A stretch of 64,000 nucleotides of DNA from a virus: the IMG/VR virus record IMGVR_UViG_3300024255_000001. One strand, 5' to 3'. A program made the position numbers and the translations under genes. A model generated the notes under the pieces. It was not told where the DNA came from and did not search any database. It saw only the letters and a program-made list of their open reading frames with translations. The number at the start of each line of letters is the position of its first letter. Position 1 is the stretch's first letter. This document shows positions 9,226 to 18,668 of the stretch, one piece after another.

Positions 9226-10327
9226 TTTCTGCTGCTAGTAACTCGTCTACGTTTAGCTCTCTATGTTCAGTGCTATAATTGAATATTGGCTGAATTCTCT
9301 TTTCAATCTTTTGTAGAATCTCTTCTGTAAATACTTTGCTAGTAAAGAATTCTGCATTAGGAACTGCTTCGTCTAGGTGTTTACAAATCCAGCCTCTTGC
9401 ACTGGCCTTAGGTGTTTTAACTCCCTTTTCAATACTACCTTTTGCAATACCTATTTCTTCCCAATCAATATATTGTTCTAGGCCAACATATCTGTTCATA
9501 CCTTCTGTAAAATGTAAGTGGAACTTAATTGGATGTGGTTTTGCAAATCTGTTTTTATTTGGTTTTGCAGTTACAATAATACCAGTCTTTTCACCACCCT
9601 CTTTAAGTTGTGCTTTACCTAAGAATAAAACTATTGAAGCTGCATATTCTGGTCCAGTACCACCACCTGCTACCGTTTGCGAAATAAACGATTGTGTTTG
9701 GTATGTGTGATTAGTAAAGATAAATGGTATTTTAAGATCTGCTAAAGGCGTCATAATAATTCTAAAGATAGACTTTAAGATTTTAGATCTAGTCATATCT
9801 GATTTTTCAGAACCTGATTTAGCATCTTCAATTTCTTTTGCAGTTGCTAAGTTACCAGCTGAATCTAAGATAATCATTACTTTAGGAGTTTCACCACCAG
9901 CTCTTTTTACCTCTTGCATTTTAGAAGTAATCGTAGTTACTGATTGGCGAAAATCTTGTACTGTATTACATGGTTGGTAATTGACTTTATTAGTATCAAT
10001 ACCAAATTTCTTCATTAGCTCTCTATCAACTGCTGCTTCTGAATCATAAAAGATAACACTATAACCCATATCAATTGCTCTTGCAATCGAGTTTAAGATT
10101 AAGTATGTTTTACCAGTTCCTGAAGGACCTGCAATCGAACATGATCTATTGTTAGGCCATCCACCAAATAGTGAACCACTAACACATGCGTTTAAATGAT
10201 AATTACCAGTATCAATCCATTCTGTAACTTCACTAAAGCTAGAATGTTCCATAACTGAACCTAGCGGATTAATATCTGCTAATTCTTTATTAATGTCATC
10301 AAAACTAAATGATTTCTTTTTTGCCAT
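9212..10327 (-). CDS. uvsX: RecA-like recombinase UvsX
   Basis: Walker A GPSGTGKT, YDSEAA, ILDSAG, TNHTY, GGG..YAAS, KNRF. Confidence 0.92.
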   Translation of the reverse strand: MAKKKSFSFDDINKELADINPLGSVMEHSSFSEVTEWIDTGNYHLNACVSGSLFGGWPNNRSCSIAGPSGTGKTYLILNSIARAIDMGYSVIFYDSEAAVDRELMKKFGIDTNKVNYQPCNTVQDFRQSVTTITSKMQEVKRAGGETPKVMIILDSAGNLATAKEIEDAKSGSEKSDMTRSKILKSIFRIIMTPLADLKIPFIFTNHTYQTQSFISQTVAGGGTGPEYAASIVLFLGKAQLKEGGEKTGIIVTAKPNKNRFAKPHPIKFHLHFTEGMNRYVGLEQYIDWEEIGIAKGSIEKGVKTPKASARGWICKHLDEAVPNAEFFTSKVFTEEILQKIEKRIQPIFNYSTEHRELNVDELLAAENEVE

Positions 10328-10346
10328 TATATTCTTTTTGTTTATT

Positions 10347-10374
10347 GTTATATGTGGAAATACTAAATTGTTTA
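10347..10374 (-). promoter_or_regulatory. TAAACAA-N15-TATAAC promoter for uvsX
   Basis: Matches the recurrent bipartite motif. Confidence 0.65.
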
Positions 10375-10572
10375 GAGTACGTTATCTTCTCCAAACTCAG
10401 CTTTTTCTTTTGCTCTAAGTTTTTCCAATTCTTCTAAGTAGTATTTAGCCTTTCCGCTTAATACTCTAATTTGATCTTGGACATCAGCAAGTCCGTGTAA
10501 GATTCTTTGGTATTCTCTTACATATTCTTGTTGATCTTCTGGTAAGTCTTCTATGTTAATCTTGCTGTCCAT
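10372..10572 (-). CDS. Small coiled-coil hypothetical protein
   Basis: 66 aa, start overlaps the upstream stop. Confidence 0.6.
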   Translation of the reverse strand: MDSKINIEDLPEDQQEYVREYQRILHGLADVQDQIRVLSGKAKYYLEELEKLRAKEKAEFGEDNVL

Positions 10573-10775
10573 TAATCCTCTGCTCTCCTAGCTACCTTAT
10601 CAATATCTTCTATTATTTCCTCATCTGGAAATTGTATCTTTAATTGATTAGGATCTGCTTGAGTTTTTTTCTGTGCCCAGTAGAACTCTCTTACTTTTTC
10701 ACCTAATTCCATATCATTAGGGTGTTGTTCTGCTAAAGCCATGATTTGTCTAAATTTGTAATATGTTCCGTCCAT
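10572..10775 (-). CDS. Small hypothetical phage protein
   Basis: 67 aa, PNDMELGEKVR motif of a type common in phage small ORFs. Confidence 0.6.
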   Translation of the reverse strand: MDGTYYKFRQIMALAEQHPNDMELGEKVREFYWAQKKTQADPNQLKIQFPDEEIIEDIDKVARRAED

Positions 10776-10779
10776 AATT

Positions 10780-11988
10780 TTAAAATAATGCTGATGCGTA
10801 GATCAGGTTAGTGTCTAATGTTTGTAGTCCAATTGCTTTCAATACTCTATTAAGTGGATCTATCATACATTTTTCAAATTGTGTATCAAAATCAACTTGT
10901 GGTGCAATCTCATAAGGATGCTCACCTGGTAGATACGCATAAACTTCTGAGATTGGTGTTTTACAGTTGTAAATTTTTAACTTCTCACCATTACCAATTA
11001 CTTTATACTTATTCTTATATTTTTGATTTTGATTTAAAATATAATTATAGTAGCCAGCTGCTTTTACGTTAGCTGGACATTTTAGTCCTACTTGAAATTC
11101 AATTTGATCGTCGACAATATACTTCTCAATATTATTAGTTCTACGATTAAATGAAATGTCATCGACATCTGCTAGTTGAAATTCTTTTTTAGATGCTTTC
11201 ATAAATGCAACTAATTCTTGTAATTCTTCAGCACCGGGGGTTTTTTGTGATTTAAACAAAATCCTAAGCGCTTCTACTAATTTCTCTCTAGCAAATTTAG
11301 GAGTTGAGGATTGAATAGTATCAAATCCAATGGTCTTTACTTTCTTTAGAGACTTATGTCTATCAGTAACTTCTAGTTTATCGTCCCAAGCAATGTTTTG
11401 AATATACTTTTTCTTTGACATCCAAATACCATTATATGCTAAAGATTCTAATTCAAAGAATAAGAAGTTATCTGTATTTCTAGAAGAGGCATACTTCTTC
11501 ATACATACTGTAATATAATCCTTAAGTCTAAATGCATAGAATGCTAAGATAAACTCATCAAGTGGTAGAGCTTTAGTGTCATCATTCCAAACAATAGTTT
11601 CATATAGATCTTGAAACTGTACGTAACAAGAATCTGTATCAATATAGATTACTGCAGGCTTTTCAACTTTACCTTTTACTGTTAAGCCGAATTGCTCATG
11701 TACTTTAATATCTTTATGCCAAAACTCTTGACAATACTTATTTAAGATAGACTCAGAGTAGAGGATAGCGTTTTTACCCTGTTTTGTAATAGACTCTGCA
11801 ATATCTATATTAAAGAAGTGAAACCATTTGTTACCGAATGCACCATAGATAGAGTTAAGAGTTAATTTTACTGCTTGTTCATAGGCAGTATATTTAGCAG
11901 ACATCTGCTTGTAGTGATCTACAAGCAGCCCTGCCTCTTCTCTACTAAGTTGATCGATAGGTTTCTCAGTGAGTTTTGTTATATCCAT
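10780..11988 (-). CDS. Family B DNA polymerase, C-terminal subunit (gp43B-like)
   Basis: Motif B KLTLNSIYGAFG, motif C YIDTDS, KKKY; lacks the exonuclease domain and motif A. Confidence 0.92.
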   Translation of the reverse strand: MDITKLTEKPIDQLSREEAGLLVDHYKQMSAKYTAYEQAVKLTLNSIYGAFGNKWFHFFNIDIAESITKQGKNAILYSESILNKYCQEFWHKDIKVHEQFGLTVKGKVEKPAVIYIDTDSCYVQFQDLYETIVWNDDTKALPLDEFILAFYAFRLKDYITVCMKKYASSRNTDNFLFFELESLAYNGIWMSKKKYIQNIAWDDKLEVTDRHKSLKKVKTIGFDTIQSSTPKFAREKLVEALRILFKSQKTPGAEELQELVAFMKASKKEFQLADVDDISFNRRTNNIEKYIVDDQIEFQVGLKCPANVKAAGYYNYILNQNQKYKNKYKVIGNGEKLKIYNCKTPISEVYAYLPGEHPYEIAPQVDFDTQFEKCMIDPLNRVLKAIGLQTLDTNLIYASALF

Positions 11989-11989
11989 A

Positions 11990-12733
11990 TTAAGCCGTTT
12001 GGCAAGTAGATACTGTTAATAGTGTATTTGATTCTGTAGATTGGAATACTAACTTAGAGTCAGTAACATGTACTTTTTGTTCTTCTCTATCTAATAGGTT
12101 TAAGTACTTTTTGTAAACTGTTACTGCACCTTCTCCATTAGATTCTGGATTAATTACTGCATTAAATGATTTACCAGTTACAGCAACACCTTTACCATTT
12201 GCTTTTACGCTAAATGTTTCTTCACTATCAAGTCCAAATAAATTCTTTACTTTACCGATGGTATGTGTGTCCATGTTAAAGCTAAACTTAGTATTATCTA
12301 CTGCGAAGATAGCGTCTTGTTGTGCTGGAGTTAAGTCTTTAAAACCTAATGAAGGTTCTGAACATGCAAGTGTAATTTCTAATTCATCATTAAACATTCT
12401 TAGAGATGATGCGATTAACTCGCCCTCTTGTTCAATAAATTCTAACTCACCTTTAATAGCATCGCTTTCAAAGTGTTTAATAGCATCGATTACTTTTGAA
12501 CCTTCAAAGAAGGCAACTTTCATTTCTGCATCTGTGTCTGGCCATTCGCTTACTTGGAAAATCTTATCACAGGCTACAGAATGTGATTTTACTGCATCTC
12601 GTTGTGGAAGATAAACCGCTGAGTGGATCTGGCCGTTTTGGATTTTCATATAGACAAAAGAGTCTATAAGCTTTACTCGGTTAATAAACCCAGTTAAAGC
12701 GTGTTGGTCAATTCGATCAATTTGTAGTTTCAT
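11990..12733 (-). CDS. Probable sliding clamp (T4 gp45-like)
   Basis: 247 aa alpha/beta protein, co-transcribed with the polymerase C-subunit; size and position fit gp45. Confidence 0.55.
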   Translation of the reverse strand: MKLQIDRIDQHALTGFINRVKLIDSFVYMKIQNGQIHSAVYLPQRDAVKSHSVACDKIFQVSEWPDTDAEMKVAFFEGSKVIDAIKHFESDAIKGELEFIEQEGELIASSLRMFNDELEITLACSEPSLGFKDLTPAQQDAIFAVDNTKFSFNMDTHTIGKVKNLFGLDSEETFSVKANGKGVAVTGKSFNAVINPESNGEGAVTVYKKYLNLLDREEQKVHVTDSKLVFQSTESNTLLTVSTCQTA

Positions 12734-12755
12734 CTAAATATATTTTTGTTTGATT

Positions 12756-12783
12756 GTTATATTGGTAAGTTACTAGTTGTTTC
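12756..12783 (-). promoter_or_regulatory. GAAACAA-N15-TATAAC promoter for clamp/polB-C
   Basis: Recurrent bipartite motif. Confidence 0.65.
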
Positions 12784-12785
12784 AT

Positions 12786-12864
12786 AAAAAGTGAGGCCAG
12801 GAAGTAGCGAACCCCTGGCCTCGATCCGAGAACTATCTCGGTCCTAAGAAGTGGACTTAACCAC
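12786..12864 (-). terminator. Three-hairpin nrdA trailer ending in an intrinsic terminator
   Basis: On - strand: GTGG/CCAC, CCGAGA/TCTCGG and GAGGCCAGG/CCTGGCCTC stems, then TTTTT. Confidence 0.7.
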
Positions 12865-12874
12865 AACTGGAATA

Positions 12875-14695
12875 TTAACCGTCACATGCGACGCAATCTG
12901 GGTCTGTAGCGGCTGCGGCAATGTCGCCTCTTAGTACAGATTCAGTTCGCATGTAATAAAGTGTCTTCACTCCCTCTTTGTAAGCCTCTAAGTGTACTTT
13001 ATTAATAAACTTAGTGTCGGCCTCTTTTGGGAATGCTAGATTTAAACTTACAGCCTGGTCAACATATTGTTGTCTAACACCAGCCTGTTTTACTAGATCT
13101 AGTTGATTAATTTCTTTAAATGTCTTAAAGATATTCTTTACTGGAATAAAAAGATCTTGATCTTTCTCTTCTAAATTATCAAATTTAGTCTGAGTAATAA
13201 TATTATCTTTATCTAAAATAGAAGTGGCTAGTTTTACATAGTAGTCTTCAATAAAGTCTAGTCCTTGTACAGAACCTCCGTCTTCTAAAATTTTATCCCA
13301 AGTTTTCTTAGAGTTTTTATTGATTAATTTCAAGAATTGCTCTAATACTGGATTCCTTCTAATAAAAGTACCCTTTGCTGTTTGTTCTGTGAACACGTTA
13401 GCAGCCCAAGGCTCAATCCCTGCAGATACATTACCTGCTAGTTTTGAGTTGCTTACAGTCGGTGCTATGGCTCTCAGGTGAGTGTTTCTCATACCCGTAC
13501 CTCTACACCATAGAGGTTCGCCATATTCATGTGCCATATCTCTAGATGCCTTTTCACTTTCCGTCTTTAACTGTGAAAAAATCTTGCGAGTCTCAAATTG
13601 AGCTGATAAGCCTTCAAATGGAATACCTCTTTCTTGTAAATAAGTATGCCATCCTAAAACTCCAAGTCCTAGAGCTCTACCTTTTTCTGCAGATCTTACT
13701 GAGTTTTCAAAACCTCTCATGAATTTTGCTTTCTGAATAAATTCATCCATAACTCCATCAAGGAACCAGGTAGCAGTGTAAACTAGATCTGTATCTTTCC
13801 ACTCATCATATTTTGCTAAGTTAACTGAGGATAAACAACAAACAAAAGAGTGAGACTCATCTGTATGTAGAGTAATTTCAGAACAGATATTAGTCATATA
13901 AACTTTTAATCCGTTTTGCTTATACGCTTCTGGGTTTGCTCTGTTAATATTACCTTTGAACATTACATAAGGCTCGCCAGTTGCTTTTCTCTTTCTAAGT
14001 ACTGCAACCCATCTTCTTCTAGCCTCTTTATCTCCAGCGTCAATCTTTTCCATAAAACCATCAGGTACTACAATACATTGATGTAGGTTTAAAGATTGTC
14101 TATTGACATCTCCCTTTGGTTCTCTAATTTCTAACCATTCCCAGAAGTCACCATGTTCAATATCGATATTGACAGATGCTGCCCCTCTTCTCACTGAACC
14201 CTGGTTCGTAGCCAAGATTGTTGAGTCATAGATTTTAGTAAATGGAACTACACCATCTGATGTACCATTACCGGTAATCTTACTACCTGCTGGTCTGATT
14301 TGATTAATACCGATACCTACGCCGCCTCCATGTTTTGCTAACAACATCATCTCTAAGTTTTTAGCACCAATGTCGTGGATAGAGTCTGCTACGTCGATAC
14401 CAAAACAAGAAATAGGTAGTCCTCTTTCTAGTCCTGTGTTTGATAGAACTGGACTTGCTAAGTTTAACCAACCCTTCCATATATAATCGAAGAATTTGCT
14501 TGCTAGTTCTGGTTTATTAAGTCGTCTTGCTACTGTAGTAGAAACTCTCCAGTATGCGTCTTTTGGTTTTTCATCACCAAATAGGTAACCTGCTGATATT
14601 GTTTTAACATAAACTTCGGTGTTTGCCCAAAGTGGAAAGTCCACTCCCAGTTCCCAACCGAGATGTTCTCCGTGGTTTTTTATTTTGTCTGCCAT
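12875..14695 (-). CDS. nrdA: Class I ribonucleotide reductase large subunit, no ATP cone
   Basis: SPVLSN, ISCF, TNICSEI (NxCxE), CCLSS, TLYY and C-terminal CVAC. Confidence 0.95.
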   Translation of the reverse strand: MADKIKNHGEHLGWELGVDFPLWANTEVYVKTISAGYLFGDEKPKDAYWRVSTTVARRLNKPELASKFFDYIWKGWLNLASPVLSNTGLERGLPISCFGIDVADSIHDIGAKNLEMMLLAKHGGGVGIGINQIRPAGSKITGNGTSDGVVPFTKIYDSTILATNQGSVRRGAASVNIDIEHGDFWEWLEIREPKGDVNRQSLNLHQCIVVPDGFMEKIDAGDKEARRRWVAVLRKRKATGEPYVMFKGNINRANPEAYKQNGLKVYMTNICSEITLHTDESHSFVCCLSSVNLAKYDEWKDTDLVYTATWFLDGVMDEFIQKAKFMRGFENSVRSAEKGRALGLGVLGWHTYLQERGIPFEGLSAQFETRKIFSQLKTESEKASRDMAHEYGEPLWCRGTGMRNTHLRAIAPTVSNSKLAGNVSAGIEPWAANVFTEQTAKGTFIRRNPVLEQFLKLINKNSKKTWDKILEDGGSVQGLDFIEDYYVKLATSILDKDNIITQTKFDNLEEKDQDLFIPVKNIFKTFKEINQLDLVKQAGVRQQYVDQAVSLNLAFPKEADTKFINKVHLEAYKEGVKTLYYMRTESVLRGDIAAAATDPDCVACDG

Positions 14696-14704
14696 AATTT
14701 AATT

Positions 14705-15706
14705 TTAGTCGAATAAGTCGTCTTCGTCCCAGTTTTCACCTTCGCCAGCTTTAGAATAATCTGTAGATCTAATAGCGAAGAAATCTGTATGAGTATGACC
14801 ACCAGTTAAGTGATAGAACCAATCCAGTTCTCCAGCAGAATCTTCATCGTAATCGAATGCTGGTTCGTAACCAAGCTCTTGTAACTTTTCGTTAACTCTC
14901 TTAGTAATAAAGTTCTTAAGGTCTTTAGCTTTTAAGTTATCTAGATCTCCTTGTTCGAACATCTTATCGATAAACTTATGCTCTAATTCCTTAATAAGCT
15001 CTCCTGCTTTTAATACGTCGGCTTGTACTGATTGTTTCAATTCTGGGAACTCTTCACACATGTGTCTAAATAATCTACATCCCATTCTAGAGTGTAGAGA
15101 TTCATCTCTAACTGACCATTTCATTTGTTGTCCAACGCCTTTTAATAAGTTTCTCATTTGGAATGAGTATAAAACTGCAAAAGAACTATAAAGTGAACAA
15201 CCCTCTGCAAACGCCGAAAAAATCGCAAGAGATCTAGCAACCTCTTTCCTAGCGGTTGCATTAAACTTCAAATCTTCGTGAGTATACGGAGCTGTAGTAG
15301 CTGTTAATAGTTCAAATTTATCTGCAGTTGCAGGTTCATGTAAAAATGCTTCAAAGTCTTCAAGACCTAATGTCTCGTTTAAGTACGAGTATGCTGTTGC
15401 GTGGATAGTTTCCTGCGAGCCAAACATCATTGCCATCTGTTTGATTTCATGTTTTGGAAACCAAGTTGTAACATATTGAGTCCAGTAATCTGATACAGCA
15501 CATTCGGTTTGAGCAAAACCTAATAGGATATTACCTACTAAGTGTTTTTCGTGAGGTAAAAGATTTTCATTCCAATCTTTAACATCACCTTGCATTGATA
15601 TTTCAGTGTGCAGCCAAAAGGCTTGGGCTTGTTTTAGCCAACCTTCTGTATAATATTCTGGATATTCAAATGGTTTAAAGGCAATTCTTTCTGTGAATAA
15701 TGACAT
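14705..15706 (-). CDS. nrdB: Class I ribonucleotide reductase small subunit
   Basis: FW..TE, ETIH..AY (radical Tyr), EG..L...F, RDESLH, DFF motifs. Confidence 0.95.
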   Translation of the reverse strand: MSLFTERIAFKPFEYPEYYTEGWLKQAQAFWLHTEISMQGDVKDWNENLLPHEKHLVGNILLGFAQTECAVSDYWTQYVTTWFPKHEIKQMAMMFGSQETIHATAYSYLNETLGLEDFEAFLHEPATADKFELLTATTAPYTHEDLKFNATARKEVARSLAIFSAFAEGCSLYSSFAVLYSFQMRNLLKGVGQQMKWSVRDESLHSRMGCRLFRHMCEEFPELKQSVQADVLKAGELIKELEHKFIDKMFEQGDLDNLKAKDLKNFITKRVNEKLQELGYEPAFDYDEDSAGELDWFYHLTGGHTHTDFFAIRSTDYSKAGEGENWDEDDLFD

Positions 15707-15748
15707 TTGCTAATTCTTTATTTTTTATTGTTTTCTAATTAATTTAAT

Positions 15749-15856
15749 AAAAAGGTCTTTTAGACCAAAAAAGGTCTTTCCGACCTCATTTAACCTCTAC
15801 TTAAACCTAATAAATTATTAGCAGCGCTGCTATTGATTTATATATCTTTGCGCTGC
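15749..15856 (-). promoter_or_regulatory. nrdBA leader: GATATATA box (15839-15846), 14-bp palindrome (15819-15832), two short hairpins each followed by a U-run
   Basis: TAGCAGCGCTGCTA palindrome; AGGTC-GGAAA-GACCT-TTTTT and GGTCT-AAA-AGACC-TTTTT. Confidence 0.55.
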
Positions 15857-15871
15857 AGAAATTTATTGACT

Positions 15872-17278
15872 TTAGAGCTTAAATTTTTTTTCGATTTCAT
15901 GCGCTTTTTCATAATATGTATAAGAAGTTTTCTTGTAGTCTTTTCTTTGATCATATAGATCTGCTAAAATCTTTTTAAGAATACTATCTTTCTTCTGATA
16001 TACTACGCCATTCTCACAAACAATTACTGCTTCATCTTTACGACGCTCAGCTATTTGCGATTCCTCTACCATTTCAACGAATGAATCGGGCGAGATATTA
16101 AACTGCCTCATGATGGATGGATATAGCGATGCAAAGTCAAATGCACTTACACCACCATAATATCCAACAATTGGTTGTTTAACAAAAGCACCCTCGTACT
16201 TACTATCCTTCTTACCATCTTCTCTATCGTATTCTACACCGATACGTTTACCCTGTTCGGTTAGTTTACGAGCCATTAGAGATTCGGTAACAGCCACTGG
16301 TGAAGCGGCTTTATATAGTGGCATTCTAGTTATTGTTGCTAAAGTAAGCAGTACTTCCATCGATCTAAGCTTTTGATCGATATAGTAAACTAGACATGAG
16401 TCAACCACATTATAGAAAACATACTTTTGAAAGTCGTTTTCATATAGGTCTTGTAAGCTACCACTATATTGTATTTTACTTATACCCTCAAGGACTGCAC
16501 CAGAAACAAATGCTAATGCATTAGATTCTTTTACTGCAACCGATCTATCATATTTATCGTATAATTGCATGTAGTCCAAAATACCCATGTGAAGCGGGCG
16601 AGAGTCTTTTTTATCAAGAGCGCCAGTACAAGCAACTTCTGTTAAATCAATTTGTAAGATTTTACATCTGTTGACAATATACTGCCAGTCATAATTGATA
16701 AAGTTCCAACCTGTCATCATAGGAAATTTAGGTAAAAACTTATGTAAGAAAGCGTAGACCATGTCATACTCGTTCTTAAATTTGTAATAACTAAATTCCC
16801 AATCAGTATCATACCCATTAAAGTGAGCATTCGTATCGGATTCGATCTTATTAATTTGATCGGCCGAAAGATCTTCTAGTCCAAGCACGATTGCTTTTCT
16901 TTCTGGAGTAATAATAGAAAAGGTTAAGATTCTAGACTTAGCCTCTTCAGGTTTGGGGAAGCCATCAACAATCTCTGTCTCAATATCGACAAAGTATGTT
17001 CGTGGCATATTGAACTCAAAGATTTCATCTTGGTCTTTTTGTGGTAGACCGTCCATGAAATAAAGAAGTGAAAACTTATTAAAAGATCTAGAGATAGACT
17101 TCTTAACATGGCGACCATCCCAGTTTCTAACTGTTGCGTCTTTCCATCTGTCATTATCTTTAGCTACAACCCAGTTTTGAAACTTATCAATGTTGTATCT
17201 TTTAAAGGCAACTTCACCCTGTTTATCGTAATATGATACGATTACTTCTTTCTCTCTTTGTTCAATATCTAATAACAT
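15872..17278 (-). CDS. Family B DNA polymerase, N-terminal subunit (3'-5' exonuclease plus motif A; gp43A-like)
   Basis: ExoI DIET, ExoII GWNFINYD, ExoIII YNVVD, YEGAFV, motif A DFASLYPSIM; ends in the first fingers helix. Confidence 0.93.
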   Translation of the reverse strand: MLLDIEQREKEVIVSYYDKQGEVAFKRYNIDKFQNWVVAKDNDRWKDATVRNWDGRHVKKSISRSFNKFSLLYFMDGLPQKDQDEIFEFNMPRTYFVDIETEIVDGFPKPEEAKSRILTFSIITPERKAIVLGLEDLSADQINKIESDTNAHFNGYDTDWEFSYYKFKNEYDMVYAFLHKFLPKFPMMTGWNFINYDWQYIVNRCKILQIDLTEVACTGALDKKDSRPLHMGILDYMQLYDKYDRSVAVKESNALAFVSGAVLEGISKIQYSGSLQDLYENDFQKYVFYNVVDSCLVYYIDQKLRSMEVLLTLATITRMPLYKAASPVAVTESLMARKLTEQGKRIGVEYDREDGKKDSKYEGAFVKQPIVGYYGGVSAFDFASLYPSIMRQFNISPDSFVEMVEESQIAERRKDEAVIVCENGVVYQKKDSILKKILADLYDQRKDYKKTSYTYYEKAHEIEKKFKL

Positions 17279-17742
17279 TAATATCCTCGGTTTTGACGGT
17301 CATGGTTTTCTGCGTTCTTCGCCATGTACAAGTTAACAATATCTTTAGAAGTCATACCAATAGAAATTGCAAAGTTCATATAAAAGTGCAATCCATCGAT
17401 CCATTCATAAAAGAGTTCTAACTTATCTGCCTCTGTCAAATCCTCAATCTTCATGTTCTCTGCTTCTTTGTGTGTGCTTTTCCAATACTTCCAAGCACCA
17501 GAAGCAATACCATCGTTGATACCTCCTAAGGCATCAAACATTTCATTTAGTTCATCACTCATTGCGTGTTTGTTAACACACCAGAAATCTGCAATTTGTT
17601 TTAAGTTCCAACCTGTAAAGTCAAAACCTAAACGCTTTTGTAGTTCTACCTGCTTATTGTAAATCAGGCCTAGTGTGTCATCTGCTTCCGAGTGGAAATC
17701 TTGTACCTCGAGATCGGCACATTTGTTATCTGCGTTCGCCAT
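17278..17742 (-). CDS. All-alpha dUTPase/dCTPase (T4 gp56-like dNTP pyrophosphatase)
   Basis: ELNE...WKYWK...EWID...KNAENHDRQ..GY motifs. Confidence 0.8.
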   Translation of the reverse strand: MANADNKCADLEVQDFHSEADDTLGLIYNKQVELQKRLGFDFTGWNLKQIADFWCVNKHAMSDELNEMFDALGGINDGIASGAWKYWKSTHKEAENMKIEDLTEADKLELFYEWIDGLHFYMNFAISIGMTSKDIVNLYMAKNAENHDRQNRGY

Positions 17743-17758
17743 ATATTTTTATTTGTAT

Positions 17759-17786
17759 TTTATAGTTAAAATTATTTATCTGTTTC
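17759..17786 (-). promoter_or_regulatory. GAAACAG-N15-TATAAA promoter for dUTPase/polB-N
   Basis: Recurrent bipartite motif. Confidence 0.6.
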
Positions 17787-18668
17787 AATTTCTTGTCCCC
17801 AATCTCTATAAGAATCTGTTAACAATTTTGTGTTAATATCTTTTGGTTTGGGATCTCCACCCACATTCCAAAACCAGGCACCAGGACTTCCATGCTTTGT
17901 CATAAACTCCCAAGCCTTCGCATCGTAATTCATAGCCGATGGAAATGGTGGATTATATTGTGGGTCTACATCTTGTGTAAATGCTTTTGGATGTGACCAA
18001 ATAGTTGCAATACCTCTTTCGCCCTTCTTAATATTTCTTGCTACTGCAACTCCATTAAACTTAGCATCAGGCCAAGCTATTTGTAAAGAGCGTTGTAGAA
18101 CGCCAGTGGATATTGCTGACCATACTTCTTCTGGATAACCATGTTTCTCTGCAAGATCATGTGCGACCTTCACAGCGGCTGCTGTAACCAATTCATGGCG
18201 AAGTCCTAAAGGAATAAAAAATGCATTGTTTGACTCTGCCCATTTCTTAGCGTGAGCATTTAAGACTGGCATTGCTGCAATTCTCTTAAATTTCATTTCA
18301 GCTCCCATCTCAACACAAATGGCTTGATGGTCTGAAATCTCTTTTTGACTTGGACTAAATAGTACAAGTTTCTTATTATACTTCTTTGCTAAATAAGCAA
18401 GTGAGATACCTGCAAATCCATATCTAGGTTGGACATAGACTAGAGTATCTTGTTTACAAGTACTAACTAGAATATCTCCAAATCTACACTTAGAACCAAA
18501 ACCCATTAGGTCTTCTCTGACTACTTTAAATCCATCATGGTCTACTAATTGTGGAGCCTCAAATGGATCTTGCCAATCACCTGCTAAATCCAACCATGCC
18601 TGTTTGTTCGGCATCATCAGATTTAGATCCTGGTTCATAAGTAATTCTGTGTGGTTATTATGCGCCAT
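17772..18668 (-). CDS. PLP-dependent enzyme (fold type II) of the kind found in phage base-hypermodification clusters
   Basis: VVREDL..GSKCR (Schiff-base Lys), SAISTG phosphate loop, YDAKAW, FWNVG. Confidence 0.7.
   Translation of the reverse strand: MAHNNHTELLMNQDLNLMMPNKQAWLDLAGDWQDPFEAPQLVDHDGFKVVREDLMGFGSKCRFGDILVSTCKQDTLVYVQPRYGFAGISLAYLAKKYNKKLVLFSPSQKEISDHQAICVEMGAEMKFKRIAAMPVLNAHAKKWAESNNAFFIPLGLRHELVTAAAVKVAHDLAEKHGYPEEVWSAISTGVLQRSLQIAWPDAKFNGVAVARNIKKGERGIATIWSHPKAFTQDVDPQYNPPFPSAMNYDAKAWEFMTKHGSPGAWFWNVGGDPKPKDINTKLLTDSYRDWGQEIETDK

Noticed and set aside
12793-12822. tRNA or attachment-site remnant (GGTTCG resembles a T-loop)
   Set aside because: No cloverleaf, D-arm or CCA; it is a single hairpin followed by a U-tract.
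14705-15706. Class Id (manganese) RNR assignment
   Set aside because: The first ligand is Glu (TECAV), but the Lys expected shortly after it in class Id is Ser here; the subclass cannot be called by eye.
10780-17278. Split intein or intron joining the polymerase halves
   Set aside because: No Cys/Ser-initiated N-intein after the N-half, no HN-C/S/T junction in the C-half, no intron core or homing endonuclease; the intervening genes are ordinary.
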